NCBI GenBank assembly: GCA_963717465.1
Contig: OY970340.1
Coordinates: forward strand, 160,001 to 224,000
Source: Candidatus Bathyarchaeota archaeon
GTDB lineage: Archaea; Thermoproteota; Bathyarchaeia; Bathyarchaeales; Bathycorpusculaceae
Direction: 5' to 3'
Length of the DNA stretch: 64,000 nucleotides
Shown here: positions 62,346 through 64,000 of the stretch, piece by piece
Position numbering within the stretch: the stretch's first letter is position 1
Layout: each line of letters opens with the position of its first letter
Position numbers and translations under genes: made by a program
Notes under the pieces: generated by a model
The model's database searches: none
What the model saw: the letters and a program-made list of their open reading frames with translations, nothing else
What the model was told of the DNA's origin: nothing

Positions 62346-63499
62346 GACAAATGTGGCAGCAAGGCCAAGGATTGGAGAAACTGGGCATCGTCGGTTTCGC
62401 TGTTGCTCCGACTTATTGGCATACGCAGCGGCAGTGGAGTGAATTCTTCAACTATTGCCCAGCGGAGCTTATCGAGGAGATTCACCGAGCCGATCGTCAT
62501 GTGATCTTGAAAGGTAACCGGCATGTCTGGTTCAAGAGTGCAGACAATCCTGATTCTCTGAGAAGCCAGGGCATCAAAGTCTTGTGGGTTGATGAGGGTG
62601 CACAGATCGTTGAGGAAGCTTGGACGCTGGCGCTAAGGCCTGCTTTAATGGATGAGAAAGGCATCGCTTTCTTCACGGGTACGCCTCGTGGGCATAACTG
62701 GTATTTTCAATTGTGGACTCGTGGGCAGGATCCTTCGCAAACTGATTATAAGAGTTGGAGTTTCCCAAGTGGCAGCAACCCGTACTTGGATCCTGCGGAG
62801 ATAGCTTCTTTTGCTCGGGATATGCCTGAGCTTGCTTATCGTCAGGAGGTTCTGGCTGAGTTTTTAGAAGATGTAGGCAGCGTTTTCCGAGGGGTGGACC
62901 GTATAGTTAAAGGCACACTTCAACTGCCTGATCCGCATAAGCAGTACGTTATCGGTGTTGACTTGGCAAAGCTCCACGACTTCACCGCCTTGACCGTCTT
63001 GGACATGGATGGGCGCTTGGTTGGTTTTGATCGTTTTAGCCAGTTAGATTGGGTTTTTCAGCGTAAACGCATAGTTCAACTGACCCAGCAGTACAATAAT
63101 GCCCGCTTACTAATCGATAGTACGGGTGTTGGTGATCCAGTCTGTGACGAGCTTCAAAGGGAGAGCGTGCGAGTTGAGGGGTACAAATTTACCAATGCTA
63201 GTAAGAAGGATTTGATTGAAAATTTGAGTATGATGATTGAGAACCAACAGATTACCATACCGCCGATTCCTGAGTTAATTAATGAGCTTAAGCTGTTCGG
63301 CTACAAAACTTCAGCGAGTGGAAATGTTCAGTATGGAGCACCCGAAGGCTACCATGACGACACTGTTATTGCTCTTGCACTTGCAGCCTGGCAAATTAAA
63401 CACAGTAACCCAGGGCCATCCTCAGGCATAGGCATTGCATTTCCAAGAAAACAAAAATATGAACGTTTGTGGATACCCGAAGAAAAAGGAAAAAATTAG
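62198..63499 (+). CDS. terL: Viral terminase large subunit
   Basis: PHPGQ, GRRWGKT, WVDEGA, TGTPRG, YRQEVLAEF, IGVDLA, IDSTGVG, HDDTVIALALA. Confidence 0.93.
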   Translation: MQKTVSTKLRIRYKPHPGQRQFHFYPARFRILNCGRRWGKTVCGANEFIRQMWQQGQGLEKLGIVGFAVAPTYWHTQRQWSEFFNYCPAELIEEIHRADRHVILKGNRHVWFKSADNPDSLRSQGIKVLWVDEGAQIVEEAWTLALRPALMDEKGIAFFTGTPRGHNWYFQLWTRGQDPSQTDYKSWSFPSGSNPYLDPAEIASFARDMPELAYRQEVLAEFLEDVGSVFRGVDRIVKGTLQLPDPHKQYVIGVDLAKLHDFTALTVLDMDGRLVGFDRFSQLDWVFQRKRIVQLTQQYNNARLLIDSTGVGDPVCDELQRESVRVEGYKFTNASKKDLIENLSMMIENQQITIPPIPELINELKLFGYKTSASGNVQYGAPEGYHDDTVIALALAAWQIKHSNPGPSSGIGIAFPRKQKYERLWIPEEKGKN

Positions 63500-64000
63500 A
63501 AAAAAAGTTTGTTCTTCTGAAAAAATACTACTAGTAGAGATGTATCTACAATAAATTTGGGTTCAAGTCCATTCGTTAATAGAAGAATTTGTTTTTTTTA
63601 TCCAAAACATTTTGCCCAAGCAAGAGACTTAATATGCAAACTATTGGCAATATTAAAAAAAGAATGGGAAAAAGTTGCTTTTCAGTATAAAAGTGTACGT
63701 TGGCCATTGAATCCCTTCGGACTTGATTGCTCAGAATTTATTTTTTTAAAAAAGTCGTTCGCAGTAAAAAGAGAATTTAGTGCTTAAATGATTTATTTAT
63801 GATGATTAAAAATTGCGAAAAATGTTAAAGTATCTGCTTTGTTTATAATGCACGACTTTGAGGGTGTTTACTTGCTCACAAACGATAACACGAACCCTAA
63901 TCATGCTGGCGAATGGATTTTCGACCAATAAATTCTACTGAAATATCTCAAGAGACAGCTTTTAGAGCATTAAGGCACCTTCCTCTTAAAGTCAAGAACG

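Overview
Archaeal chromosome segment, most likely Bathyarchaeia or another TACK-type lineage (aglB/STT3, OST3/6-like subunit, carS, radB, PAC2 chaperones, porGDAB, fen, EF-1beta, cdc48, GGR, MttB-family methyltransferase). Core genes alternate with accessory blocks: a decaying methyltransferase locus (16-19.4 kb), a 2-kb islet at tRNA-Ser(GCT) carrying Fpg-like and Fic genes, cytochrome bd, a toxin-antitoxin cluster (42-46 kb), and a nickel island (51-61.5 kb) ahead of viral terminase genes. The main finding is a 31-nt insertion in the protein-L-isoaspartate methyltransferase gene (pcm, 34514-34544). It folds into a bulge-helix-bulge, and removal at the canonical endonuclease cut sites exactly restores the frame and the conserved QTISAPHMV motif, so it is a probable tRNA-type intron in an mRNA other than cbf5. 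Other notable signals: a ~150-nt strand-specific structured RNA candidate downstream of porB; a duplicated mttB-type promoter that points at a structured ORF-less region; six copies of a GTRWYAC-N14-GTRWYAC putative NikR operator; and a terminase-small-subunit relic broken by a 21-bp tandem array. Many single-base frameshifts look like sequencing or assembly errors. All calls come from reading the sequence by eye; no searches were run.
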